Assembly: GCF_004010195.1 (NCBI RefSeq)
Contig: NC_057728.1
Location: forward strand, 43,710,938-43,774,937
From: Chiloscyllium plagiosum
Lineage: Eukaryota
Direction: 5' to 3'
DNA: 64,000 nucleotides
Made by a program: the position numbers and the translations under genes. The notes beneath the pieces were generated by a model. The model ran no database searches and was not told where the DNA came from. It worked only from the letters and a program-made list of their open reading frames with translations. Positions 38,032-50,319 of the stretch are shown one piece after another (position 1 is the stretch's first letter; every line of letters starts with the position of its first letter).

Positions 38032-38271
38032 CTGGGGTAATGCGGAGTTAAGTTGGCGCTGCAGAGAGTCCCTGTCGTAGATGACATCCTGAAGTTTGCC
38101 TTGCGCTAGCACTAAGCTCTCCTGGGTCTCCCGGAGGGTGTCAAGTAACCGGTCGCGCTCATCCAGCATGTTGACCATCAACTGCTCGAAATTGGAGTCC
38201 TCCGAGCTGCTCTGGGAGCCCCTCTGGCTGAGGGTGTCCTCACTGATCGTGGGCATCACCTCGCACATCAT
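38032..38271 (-). CDS. PPFIA2: Liprin-alpha-2, first coding exon (80 codons, phase-0 donor)
   Basis: Translates MMCEVMPTISEDTLSQRGSQSSSEDSNFEQLMVNMLDERDRLLDTLRETQESLVLAQGKLQDVIYDRDSLQRQLNSALPQ. SQRGSQSS and QDVIYDRDSLQRQLNSALPQ favour alpha-2 over alpha-1/3/4. Start context is ACCATG, the donor is CAG|GTAGGC at 38032/38031, and a candidate acceptor TTCTTTGCCCAG lies at 38312. Confidence 0.93.
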
Positions 38272-39060
38272 GGTCGTGCCGAATCCGAATCCGAGTCCTT
38301 CGGGCAGGCGACTGGGCAAAGAAGCTTCCAGCCGAAAACAAACAGAAGCAAATCAAAATCTTCGGGCACACACACACACTCACTCACTCCCACCAAAAGG
38401 GTGTATATTTCAGCTCGCCATTCCGTCCAAATAGCATTTGGAATAGCCCTCTGGTCACTTGTGCACCCACCCTTTATTTTTTATTATTTATTTACGAAAA
38501 CCTCTCGTTCTCGGTCCTTCTCTTTTCAGAGATGAACAATGACAGCCGCACCAACCCCCGACGCTGCTACTCTCCTCCTGCGCATTTCTCTGCTCACATC
38601 TTCTCCGATGGACCTCAGGAGGTATCACCCCCACCGCCTTCCAAAATATTTTTTTAAAAAAACAAACGGCCGCGGCCGGCGCTAACGGTCGCCGTGGCAG
38701 ATGTTTCGCTTCTGCCAGAAAGACTCTGGCGGTTGGTTCCCCCTTTCTCCACCCGCCTGAACTGACGGCGTTAATACGGTGCACGGGTTAATATGCGACC
38801 AACGAGAGCCGGGGTAAAGAATAATCAGACGATAATGATTCTCATTTCGATACTTTGTGTGCGGAGGAGGGTGGGTTTTTATATTTAAAAATTGAAGAGC
38901 GATTGGGAGGTGGGCTCGTGCCGGAGGGCGGCTCGAGCTGGAGGGCGCGCGCCGGGTGATGGGGCAGAGTGGCGCGTGAGCCCCCCCGCCCCCCAAAGCA
39001 ACGTCCCTGCAGGCACGTTTCTGCTGCTGTCACGTACCCCTGTTTAGGGAGTGCGTGTGT
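38080..39060 (-). promoter_or_regulatory. CpG-island-like promoter/5' UTR region of the liprin-alpha gene; CpG enrichment continues patchily to ~40260
   Basis: Dense CpG (e.g. GGCCGCGGCCGGCG, GGCGCGCGCCGG) and a GC box CCCCGCCCC at ~38984 in an otherwise CpG-poor window. No TEs from ~37140 to 40600. Confidence 0.75.
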
Positions 39061-40604
39061 GGACTTGGCTCCTTGGAATTGATTGCATTTTCACTCACCT
39101 ACTCAACTAATATCATCGTTACCAACACCGTACAGTTTAATGCACCAAACCTCATATATATATATAGTGCGTGTGTCTGTGCATGTGTGCAACATGTGAT
39201 GGTAATCCTCATTCATGTTATGCCCTCGCCAATCTGGGCGGCTTCTGAGTTTATTTGGCATTATCTCATGCCCCGCTTTGGAAGCTGTCAACTCCTGAAC
39301 GGGAACTGCAAACCTCCTCCAGACTCTCCATCCAGCTGTTTAGCATCTCCCTTTCTTTTTCAACCGGGACAACCGTATGTAGAATTGATGTCCAGGTAGT
39401 ATTTCATACACCCCGCCCCGAACGTGTTTTACATTTTTATCCCCTACTGTTTCCTTGCTGCTTCTGCGAAACAAATTATGCTTTGGCGGTGACCCCGGTA
39501 TTGTAAAACATCACCCTGTGTTAGAATAAGATTTAACGGGCAGCAGAAAATAGATATAGGGCGTGTGCCACTTCCTGGATCACTACAGTAGAAATATCTG
39601 TAGAATCTGTAAATGTCACTGCTCTGTGAGCGCCCTCTAAAGCAGCTGCATCCCTTCTCAACAATGATGTAATTGTACAGTATGGATCCAAAATCTTGGG
39701 TGCATTCATTAGAATTAATCTAACACGCGTGGCCGGTGCGTTTCGTTATCTTTAATTTTCAAACAGCCAAGTCCTTTAGTGCCGCGAAAAATAAATCATT
39801 AGGGTTGCACAGAAGTAATAGTTTGCCTGTCAAACGACTGTTACAATTCCAATGAAATCAAAGAGCACAAAATACAAAGCATAACAAGTCTGAAGTGCAA
39901 AGAGAGCCTTCCAGAGGCTTGGGCAATAGCCATCGCTCTCGCCACTTCAAAATTCCGAGTCGTGTTCTCCGCATACTGTAATAAATTTCCCCACTAACCT
40001 GATCTATCGTCTAAAAGCTACTATAGTGTTCCAATGAAAGCATGTTATTAAATTGCCAACAAACTCATGTCACTGTCGCGTGTCATGTGGGTAAATCCAC
40101 CTCTGGTTAATACCACCATGGTTGAGCAAAAAAAACACACACATATATATATAGAATGCAAATAACGCGGTCAAAACTTGAGTTCGTGTTTTCAGATGAG
40201 TTTTCGATGATAAAACCTAGCAGACGACACTCCAACGGTCGTAAAATAAATGAGCAGCTGTCGAAAAAATTCATGGAAGGTGCAATTTCGATTTGCAAAT
40301 GTGAATGATATTCTGTAAGAATAAAAGTTACATTGTAATGCACCTGCTTATGAAGCAACAACCAAACCACTACCCCCACCACCACCACCACCACCTTTTA
40401 AAAAGAGTACCAATAAGTCGAAATTACTGTTCTAATATATATCCGAGACTATTTCTAGCCCAACACCAAATCACATGTGAAAATAGAAGTGTGAATGAGA
40501 AATAAAGATCATAATGTAAGTAAGTTCAATACAAGTATTGACAATTATAATGAAGAGTAATGGAGAGATAAAAAGGCACAATTCAGCAAAATGGGATACA
40601 ATGA

Positions 40605-41015
40605 GAGGCAGAAAAGGCTGGGGCTATTTTCCCTGGAGCATTTAAGACTGAGGGGTGATCCTATAGAGGTTTATAAACTCATGAGGAGCTTGGATAGGGT
40701 AAATAGATAAATAGATGGGGTAGGGGAGTCTAAAACTAGTGGTTTAAGGTGAGAGGTGAAAAATTTAAGAGGGACCTAAGGAGCAAACTTTTCACATAAG
40801 ACAGGTGCATATATGGAATGAGCTGCCAGAGGAAGTGGTGGAAGTGATACGATTACAATGTTTGAAAGAAATCTGGATAGGTATCTGAATAGGAAGGGTT
40901 TGAGGGATATGGGCCAATTGCTGGCAAATGGGATTAGATTAATTTAGGATATCTGGTCAGAATGGATTATTTGAACCAAAGGATCTGTTTCCGTGCTGTA
41001 TATCTCTATGACTCT
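40605..41015 (+). mobile_element. CR1 3' end
   Basis: LGLFSLEHLRLRGD..., WNELPEEVVE, and tail CTCTATGACTCTA. Confidence 0.9.
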
Positions 41016-42774
41016 AAAAATATTCAAACAAGTTTATCCATTTGCAATGGAAACATGTAATTATGAGATGTCCAGGAGAACTGAATAAATATATTCTTAA
41101 AAAATAACAATCAGATATGTCAAAGTACTAAGTTTGAAAACTAAAAACTTGAAAGCACACAATAGGTTTAGGTTTACAAGACTGAAAACAGTGTAGTGGG
41201 ATGATGAAAAGTAAAATTGGTGACCACTACCACCTAATGAGTTGTGCCCCTCCTCACTTTAACTCTGAGAACTTGTTGGCATTTCTGGGGCTTGGTAGTT
41301 CATGCTACGTCAGTCAATCATCTGAATCTTTTAGCCAATGCACAAGGGAAAACTGCTCACAATTTGCGAATAGTGATTGCCAGCTTGCCCACTTTCAGAA
41401 TGGTTTTCATTCTTTTGGGAACAAAACATTTATTTTCTTAAACAGTTCATTGATCATAGAGAACATATGGTGCCAGATAGTTCTCTGATGTCAATTCCAA
41501 ACAACATAGTAGCTTCAGTGGCTAGTGGCCATTACAGACACCTTTATTTCTTACTTGTTGGAAGTTGTTCAATTTGGACAAAGAAATAAGTGTAGCAGCA
41601 GTTTTATAAAATCTTACTTACAATGTATTAGAAGATATTACAAATATTTGCTTTTAAAAGCGATCCCAATTTCTAACACGTGGCCATCAAGGCTCCCACT
41701 GGCCAACTTGCTGCCTTCATCAACATATTACAACCCTGTTAGAGACTGATAACTTTTTAAAAAGAAATTCAAACCTCCAGTCACAAACTGAAAAGATCAC
41801 ACACCAAGAATTCAAGTTTTAAGATCTTCATTCTAATAGCCTAAAACCAATTTTGACTAGATATTATTTAATTAGGCAACTTGTGCTCTAAACTATAGAA
41901 ATGTTTCCCTTTAATTTAAAATGATTAAAAATCCTCTTCTATGGTTACAATTCATTCTGCCGTTAAGTGGACAACTCATTCTTCCGGAGCCAGTCCAAGG
42001 TGATTCTTAGTTCACAAGCATTTGGGTTTTATTTTGAAGTTTCATACCCAGTTACTACTAATCCCAAAATTGGCTTTCACCATGAGGAACAAATTAAAAT
42101 TACTTTCTTTAGCCAAAGCAAAAGGAAGCGTTCAGTCTTGTTCAAATCCTTGCAGACCTGGTCTTTTCAATCCCAGCATCAGCTCCCAGCTATGTTCTGC
42201 ATTATAAGCACGAGAGAACTACTGCTTCTCTCTGTCTTCCTGCTTTTAGATTCTTGCAGACTGAGTGTGTCTGTCAGGTTCAATAATATTTTGGAAAACC
42301 TGCAATCTGATCATACAATGGCTTACAAACCTTAAAACCTATCTGCAAGGCAGTGTGAATCAGGTGGGCCTTGTATCCAAGTAGAAATTAATTAGTGATT
42401 CTCTGGACCCCAATTCCATTATATCTTACAATTAATTAGATTGTCTAAGGCAGTGTTTCTTAACCAGTAGGATGCAAAGAATATCCAGATCAATGAAATT
42501 CAACCACAGGTTTCTCACTAATGACTAAATAATATTTCATTTTGCTTAAACATGTAGCAATAAAATGTATTCTCTGCAAGATCATTGCAATTTTAATGTC
42601 TTTAAAAATGTCCATTAATTGTTAATATAATAGAAAAATGCATGTATCTGTAAAAGTCACTTCCTGGAAACGTTTGGTTTTTGTCAGTATGAGACCAGTG
42701 TTTTTTTTACAAAATGGTTGGTGGCATATAATATCCAAAATGTTGAGAACTGTTGTCTCAACTATAGCTGTTTA

Positions 42775-43605
42775 CACAGTGAAGAAGATTATCTAAGGGT
42801 ACAACAGGATCTTGATCAACTGGGCCAGTGGACCAAGAAATGGCAGATAGAATATAATGCAAATAAGTGTGAGGTGTTACATTTTGGTGAGCCAAACCAG
42901 GGCAGGACTTACATGATTAATTGTAGGGCCTTGGGGAGTTTTATCAACGAAGTAACCTAGGTGTGCAGATACATAATTCCTTGAAAGTGAAATCACAGGT
43001 ACACTGGGTGGTGAAGAAGGCATTTGGCATGCTTTCCTTCATTGGTCAGACCATTGAATACACAAGTTGGGACATAATTTTACACATGTACAAGACATTG
43101 ATAAGGCCACATTTGGAATACTGCGTACAATTCTAGTTGCTCTGCTGTTGAAAAGATGTTGTTAAACTGGAAAGGGTGCAAAAAGGATTTGCAAGCATGT
43201 TATTGAGATTGAAAAGTTTGACTTCGAAGGAAAGTCTGGATAGACTGGAACTATTTTACCTAGAGTGTAGGAGGCTGGGGGGGTGACCTTACAGAAATTT
43301 ACAAAATCATGAGGGGCATGGAAAAGGTGAATAGCAGGGTAGGGGACTCCAAAACTTGAGCATACATTTAAGGTGCAAGGGAAAAGATTTAAAAGGGTCC
43401 TGAGGGGCAACGTTTTCCGGAAGGTGGATCATATATGAAGTGAGCTGCCAGGGGAAATGATAGAGGTAGTTTAATTACAACATTTAAAAGACATTTGGAC
43501 AGGTACACGGATAGGAAAGATTTAGAGAGATATTGGAAAATGGGACTAGTTCAGTTCAGAAAATCTATGGATAAGTTAGGCCAAAGGGTGTCTTTCCTTC
43601 TTGTT
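42775..43605 (+). mobile_element. CR1 ORF2 3' fragment
   Basis: QQDLDQLGQWTKKWQIEYNANKCEVLHFG and RPHLEYCVQF. Confidence 0.9.
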
Positions 43606-43685
43606 TGGCCCTGTGACAAAACCTGATATGCTTAACGCATCCCTTGCATTTGCAATAAATCTACTATTAGTACAGTTGCACAGTT

Positions 43686-46600
43686 CAAAATATCTTACAC
43701 ACCAGGTACTAGTTCAACAAGTTTATTTGGAAATACTAGCTTTCAGAGTGCTGCACCTTCATCTGGTAACTAGTGGGGCAGGATCATAAGACACAGAATT
43801 TAAAGCAAAAGATCACGGTGTCATGCAATTAAAAGAATATATTGAACAAACCTAGATTGCTGTTTAGTCTTTTATCTTTAAGAATGGGTTGCAGGTTTCG
43901 GTTCATTAATATGTAAATCCCAGAATTTCTTTTAAGTCACATCCTCGAGATAACTTAAGGTTTTATTAAAAAAAGGTGCTATCTCAGCTCAGACAATGTA
44001 TTAATGTTATGAGGTTAGACTCTATGTATCCCAATCTTGAGTCAGAGTGGTTCAATTGCAAACGCATTCTATTTTTGCTGAATTGTATTTGCAGATACAT
44101 TCTATTTTGGCTCAAAAGGCACACACCTGCAGGCAGCCAATCCATATAATATTTTATAAATTCCTATTTTGGAAATAGAACTAGTCTGACTCAAGTTTGG
44201 GATGACTTGGAAGTGCTGGTGTTAGGCTAGGGTGGACAAAGATTATAATCCAACAAGTTTATTTGGAAACACTAACATTCAAAGTGCTGCTTCTTCCTCA
44301 GGTGGTTGTGGAGAATAAGATAACAAGACACAGCACTTATAGCCAAATGAATATAGTGTCACTGGAGACGTGATGATACTTGATCTAAAATTATTTAATG
44401 TCTTTCACCTTTTAGAATAGGATGTGTTGATTTCTGTTCTTTGATATGTAAATCCCAGAACTTATTTTAAATTACATTCTCAAGAAAGGTCTATCTTTTC
44501 TAACAATAGGTGCCATCGCAGCTCAGACAATGCATTAAGGTGTGAGATTGTCAATGTCTTAATGTTGAGTTAGACTGGTTCTATTTCTAAAGTGGAATTA
44601 ACAAAGTTTTACATGGATTCATACAGTTTTGAGCAAAATAAAATGTAATTCTGCAAAAACAAATTCACCCCATAAATTTATATGTGTGCATGCGTAGGAG
44701 AGACAGAGCGAGTGTGTGCATGTGGGTGTGAGTACATGTGGTAGAGTGTGTATGTATATGATTGTGATGATTTGGAGGTGCCAGTATTGGACTAGAGTGG
44801 ACAAAGTTAAAAATAACACAACACAGTCCAACAGGTTTATTTGGAAGCACAAGCTTTCGACGCCCTGCCTCTTCATCACGTGGTTGTGGAACATGATCCT
44901 ATGGCACAGAATTTATAGCAAAAGGGTTACAGTATCATGGAGTTGTAATGATTAGTTAAAAATCACACAACGCCAGGTTATAATTCTTAAACAAATTTAG
45001 ATTAAATATTTCATCTTTTAGAATGGGGTATGGTGGTTTAAGTTCTTTAACATGTAAGTCCCAGAATTACATTCTCAAGGTGGTGTCATTTTATCTAATA
45101 ATAGGTGTCATCTCAACTCAGACAAAGCATTAAATGTGTGAAGGTAACATCTGTACCAATATTGAATCAATTCTATTTCTAAAGTGGTGCTTACAGAATC
45201 TTACATGGATCTATGCAGTTTTTGAGCAAATAAAATGTAAATCGGCAAATACAAATTCACCCCATAAAGTTATATGTATGCGTACAGGAGAGACAAAGTA
45301 GATGTGTGTATCTGAGTATGTGCATGTGGATGAGAGTGCATGTGAAAGTGTGTGTGCAAGCTTGTATATGAGTGTGATGGGGTATAAGCCTGTAAGAGAA
45401 TGCGTGCGTGAGTGTGAGGGGTGTATGTATGTGCGTATGGGAGAGAGCCAGTGTATGAGAGAGGGTCTGCATAAGTGTGTGAGTATGTAGGAGTATGTGT
45501 GTGTGTTTGTGTCCGTGAGTGAGAGAGAGTGTACAGTGCAGTGGGGTCACCTGTAGTGTGACATTAACCCAAGGTCCCGGTTGAGGCCTTCCCCATGGGT
45601 ATCCAACATGGCTATCAGCCTCTGCTCGGCCACTTTGCATTGTTGCTTGTCCCAAAATCTGCCTTGAAGGATGGTCACCCAGAGTTCCAAGGCTGAAATG
45701 TCCCAGACTGCTGAAGTGTTCCCCAGCTGGGGAACAGTCCTGTCTGGTGATCATTGCATGGTGTCCATTCATCCCTTGTCATAGCATCTATTCAGTCTGT
45801 ACCAAGCCTCAGGGCATCCCTGCCTACATCAGATATGTGTAGGCTTGATTAAATGTGTGTGAGGGTGATGGGGTATACGTGAGAGGGTGCATGTGGGGTG
45901 TGAGTGCGAGGGGTGGATGTGAGTGCATGAGAGAGAGCTTGTGTATGAGAGAGGGTCTGCATGGGTATGTGAGTATGTAGGAGTGTGTGAGTGAGTGAGT
46001 GAGAGAGAGAGAGAGGCAATGCTGAATGGCTGAGCAGAAGCTGATAGCCAAATTCGGTACCCATGAGAATGGCCTCAACTGGGACCTTGGGTTCATGTCT
46101 CACTACAGGTGACCCCACTGCAATATACACTCTCTCACACACACACATTCCTACATTTTAACACACCCACGCAGACCCTCTCTCATACACAAGCTCTCTC
46201 TCATATACGCACACACACACCTCCCGCACTCACACCCCCACACATACCGTCTCCCAAGCACATACCCCTTCACACTCACAAATACACTTAACCAACCCTA
46301 CACACACACACATACACACACACTCCATCACATGCATTCACACTCACACGCACACACTCACTCTGTCTCTCCTACACACGCATGCTTATAAAGTTATGGG
46401 GTGAATTTGTTTTTGCAGAATTACATTTTATTTTGCTCAAAAACTGTATGAAACCATGGAAAACTTTGTTAATTGCACTTTAGAAATAGAACCAGTCTAA
46501 TTCAAAATCAGGACACAGACAGATCTCACACCTTAATGCATTGTCTAAGCTGAGATGGCACCTATTGTAAGAAAAGATAGACTTTTCTGGAGAATGTAAT

Positions 46601-47448
46601 TTAAAATAAGTTCTGGGATTTACATATCAAAGAACAGAAACCAACACATCCTATTCTAAAAGATGAAAGATTTGATCAAATATTAATGTATCATCATATC
46701 TCTGTAACACTGTACTCATTTGGCTATAAATTCTGTGTCTTATTATCTTATTCTCCACAACCACCTGAGGAAGAAGCAGGGCTTTGAAAGCTAGTGTTTC
46801 TAAATAAGCCTGTTGGACTACAACCTGATATTGTGTGATTTTCAAGATTGGGGACAGACAGACTCTAAACTCACTTTCAATACATTGTCTGAGCTGAGAT
46901 ACCACCTTTTTTTATCGAACCTTAAGTTATCTCGAGAATGTAGCTTAAAAGAAGTTTTGGGATTTGCGTGTTAATGAACTGAAACCTCCATTCTAAAAGA
47001 TGAAAGACTCAACAGCAATCTAGGTTTGTTCAATATATTTGGAGAAAGTGAGGACTGCAGATGTTGGAGATCAGAGCTGAAAATGTGTTGCTGGAAAAAC
47101 GCAGCAGGTCAGAAAAGCGCAGAAGATTTTAACCTACTGCAAATCCTCTTACAAGGATGCCTTCCTTGAAGAAGCTCTCTTCCTCCCTCTACAAGAAGGG
47201 CTCATGCCCAAAACGTCGATTCTCCTGCTCCTTGGATGCTGCCTGACCTGCTGCGCTTTTCCAGCAACACATTTTCAGCTTTGTTCAATATATTGTTCTA
47301 ATTGCATGACATTATGATCTTTTGCTATAAATTCTGTGTCTTATGATCCTGCCCCACTAGTTACTTGATGAAGGAGCAGGACTCTGAAAGCAAGTACTTC
47401 CAAAATAACCTGTTGAACAATATCCTGGTGTTGTGTGATTTTTAACTT
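43686..47448. mobile_element. Nested cluster of Neptune-type PLE fold-back elements: A (outer), B 44204-46841, C ~44768-45830, D 47040-47279
   Basis: Outer arms 43690-44055 and 46846-47445 are inverted, as are B arms 44245-44740 and 46340-46841. B TSD is TCAAG(T/A)TTGGG. D has a 15-bp TSD TTTGTTCAATATATT (47025-47039, 47280-47294). A GIY-YIG C-terminal remnant MNGHHAMITRQDCSPAGEHFSSLGH lies at 45772-45700, with (GT)n/(CA)n-rich 3' regions. Confidence 0.88.
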
Positions 47449-47463
47449 CATTAATATACGCAT

Positions 47464-48585
47464 TGAAAGATTGAGTAAAAAAAAATCCCCCAAAATACTG
47501 GGTAAGACCCTGGACTCTTCTAACATTTAAAATACTGAACAAAAGCCTGAACTCTGGCTGCAACAAATATACACAGAGCCAGAATGATTTCAGTCTGGGA
47601 TTGTTGTTCAGTCTGGAATTCCAATTTACACTTCCACTCTCGGAGAACAATCAACCAAATCTAACATTCTGGATTGAAATTAATTCTTACACCTTGGGCT
47701 ACACAGCACAGACAGTATGGACCCTTCACAGATACCAAACATCATTCAAATATATTCACACATATTCTTAACTATCGGGAAACAAACTGACTTCAGAAGG
47801 AAACACCAGAAACACAATGAACACAAATTTGAGGGTAGACAACAGGGCAATCAGTCTGTATTACTGCTAGCCCTGATCTCACTTGAGACAGAACCTTTTT
47901 CAACAACAAGCTTCTGCACAAGTAGTTTCCCCACAGGCTTACAGCCCCAACAAGCACCTTCGGAACCAAAACCCATAGAGGCCAAACAGAGAAACTGAAT
48001 CGGGAAGCCAAACTGAGAACATCATTGGAACAAAGGACATCTGAGAAGGAGGAAGCCAGCTAAGTGCTATCTGAACAAGAACTTCCAGACATGGGCCTGT
48101 TCCATACCATAAGAACTGACAGCAAGAGCCTCAGCAACCAACTTTAAAACTTTTGTTTTCCTTGACAGTGAGTGAAACTCCTGAGACCCTAAAGTTCCGA
48201 ACTAGCTAGCAGGCAAGGAAAGGTGGGTGACGACAGTGCATGGGACCCTAAAGTTAGGAAGCCTGATTAGTTTCTGTGATTAAAACTGCTGTTTAGGTTC
48301 TAATAGTGTTTAATCTGTGTTTAATTTAATAGTGTATTGAATTGCTGTCGTCTGTATAATTGATAGTGTTAATTTCACTGTTTATCGCATTTACCTTTAT
48401 TTCATATATTGTACTTACCTTTTTGTATTTCAATAAATGCAGAGATTCTTTTGCCCTGACGCACCTTTCCAACACGTTCTTCATTTTACATTCCCTAAGT
48501 AAGTCCAGTGTCAGAACCAGTGAGCTGGGGGTGATTCGAACCACTTAAAATCAGCAAATTACTGCATGCAACCCAGAACCCAACA
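47464..48585 (+). mobile_element. Probable solo LTR (~1.1 kb), family unknown
   Basis: TG...CA ends flanked by a 4-bp GCAT duplication (47460-47463, 48586-48589), with AATAAA at 48432. Confidence 0.6.
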
Positions 48586-48676
48586 GCATGGTTCACATGA
48601 TCCTTAGATATGAATTAATGCAAACCAATAAAAAGCACTTGGTGCCTCCTACTTCATTAATGTTATCAATTACCTG

Positions 48677-48887
48677 ATTTGGAGATGCTGGTGTTGGACT
48701 GGGGTGTACAAAGTTAAAAATCACACAACACCAGGTTATGGTCCAACAGGGTTTATTTGGAAACGCTAACTTTTGGAGAACTGCTCCTTCATCAGGTGGT
48801 TGTCACCTGATGATGTAGTAGCGCTCCGAAAGCTAGTGTTTCCAAATAAATTTGTTGAACTATAACCTGGTATTGTGTGATTTTTTA
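48677..48887. mobile_element. ~210-bp palindromic PLE terminal-repeat element with hammerhead-like motifs
   Basis: Arms 48714-48798 and 48804-48887 are inverted; TSD ATCA(A/G)TTACCTG at 48665 and 48888. Confidence 0.85.
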
Positions 48888-50319
48888 AATCAGTTACCTG
48901 GTCCTAGTGAAGAGTGCAACTATGGCATGGTGAATGATTCAACCTCCCTAATGTGCTTCCATCCATCAAATCCTATGCAGGAGCCTGAGTTCTCCTTACA
49001 TCTAAACAGCCTGTAATGAGATTCATGGAGAACTATGTCTTGCTCACGTTAGAAATAAAATTGTATCACAATAATTTACAAGGCTTTATGAATCCAAAAA
49101 TAAGTGACCTGTGAATCTCAAGTGTAGCTAGGTGCTATTCTTAAATTTCTTCCATGTGTTTGATGCAAGGTTTGATGCTGTGCAAAAGGTAAACTGCTGA
49201 CAATGCTTCCTTCTGCTGAGGGATGATTTGACTGTCATCCTCTGGCTGCCTAATGCCTGGGGAACCCAGTACATGAAGAATCTCCTGCATATGCAGGCAT
49301 TTCCTCCATCATCACAGTTGGGAGGGTATGAGTAACAGAGACATTGATGAACTACAGTTCAGACCAGGATTACTTTCGGAGGAGCTTCTAGATACTTCTG
49401 ACATTCAAGGTACATCCTGATTATCTAGAATGTTTGAGAACCTGCTTGTTGTTCCAGATCCTCTTGCCAAGTCATTGGTGCTTGAATCTCAAGAAGTTGG
49501 CAATGGCATAAAGGTCTGTATACATTTCTAGCACCCACTAGAATGGTTTGCTTAATGCTGGTCTTCACAAAGTTTGTCAATCTCACCATAGAAGAGGCCA
49601 AGTACCCACACAACAGAGACATGTCAGAACACATAGCCTTGATGGACTCTTCTATCATCTGGGCATGGGTGTACCTAGGCTTTGGGATCTCTGACAGAGT
49701 TTGCCTCACATCTTGATATATCTCAGCATCTGTCACCTGGCTGACAATTCAAAGACATATCATCAGCATCATTGAGTCCTCCAGCACACCTCCAATCATC
49801 AGTGACTTAAACAGTCCTAGCCTTTGCCAACTGCCCTAGTGAGTCATGTTGTTATTCAGATGAGAGTTACAAAAGAGTTACAATAAGAGTTTCAACATGA
49901 GAGTTACTGTGACGGTGGAAAAATCAGGGAAGCATGTGACAATGCATCTCCCTCCTTCTCAGAGATAGTTTTCTGTCCTTTGATTCTACAACTGGCTGTT
50001 CTTGCCTTAGACCTGTGAGAGATTACACTTCAAAATTAATTTATTTGTGATTAATCACTCTAAGGTGCCCTGAGGTGATGAAAGACATTATATAATTGCA
50101 AGTTCTTTAATTCCAATTTTGAAGGATGAAGTGGGCGACTTTATTAAATGAATATTTTATATTCGTCCTAAATCTTTTTTCGAAATGTTGGTGGAAATTA
50201 GATTACAAATATACAAAACAGGAGTAGGAGTAGGCAATTCGGCTCTTCTACTTTGCTCTATTATGCAACATGATCTTGGTTAATTACCTAACTGATTCCT
50301 TAGATTCTTGAAACGTTCA

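Noticed and set aside
37903..38319. 138-aa ORF as a complete protein
   Set aside because: The upstream TTG start and the 42 residues after LPQ are UTR and intron read-through. Liprin similarity ends at the GT donor.
38096..39506. Several ORFs in the CpG-rich region
   Set aside because: They are antisense or GC-driven open frames with no recognisable protein similarity.
45257..46380. His/Thr-rich ORFs
   Set aside because: These are translations of degenerate (CA)n/(GT)n PLE 3' sequence; only the first ~25 aa are a GIY-YIG remnant.
49100..50030. Possible second Harbinger-related gene relic (103-aa ORF 49736-49425)
   Set aside because: No diagnostic motif or element ends could be identified by eye.
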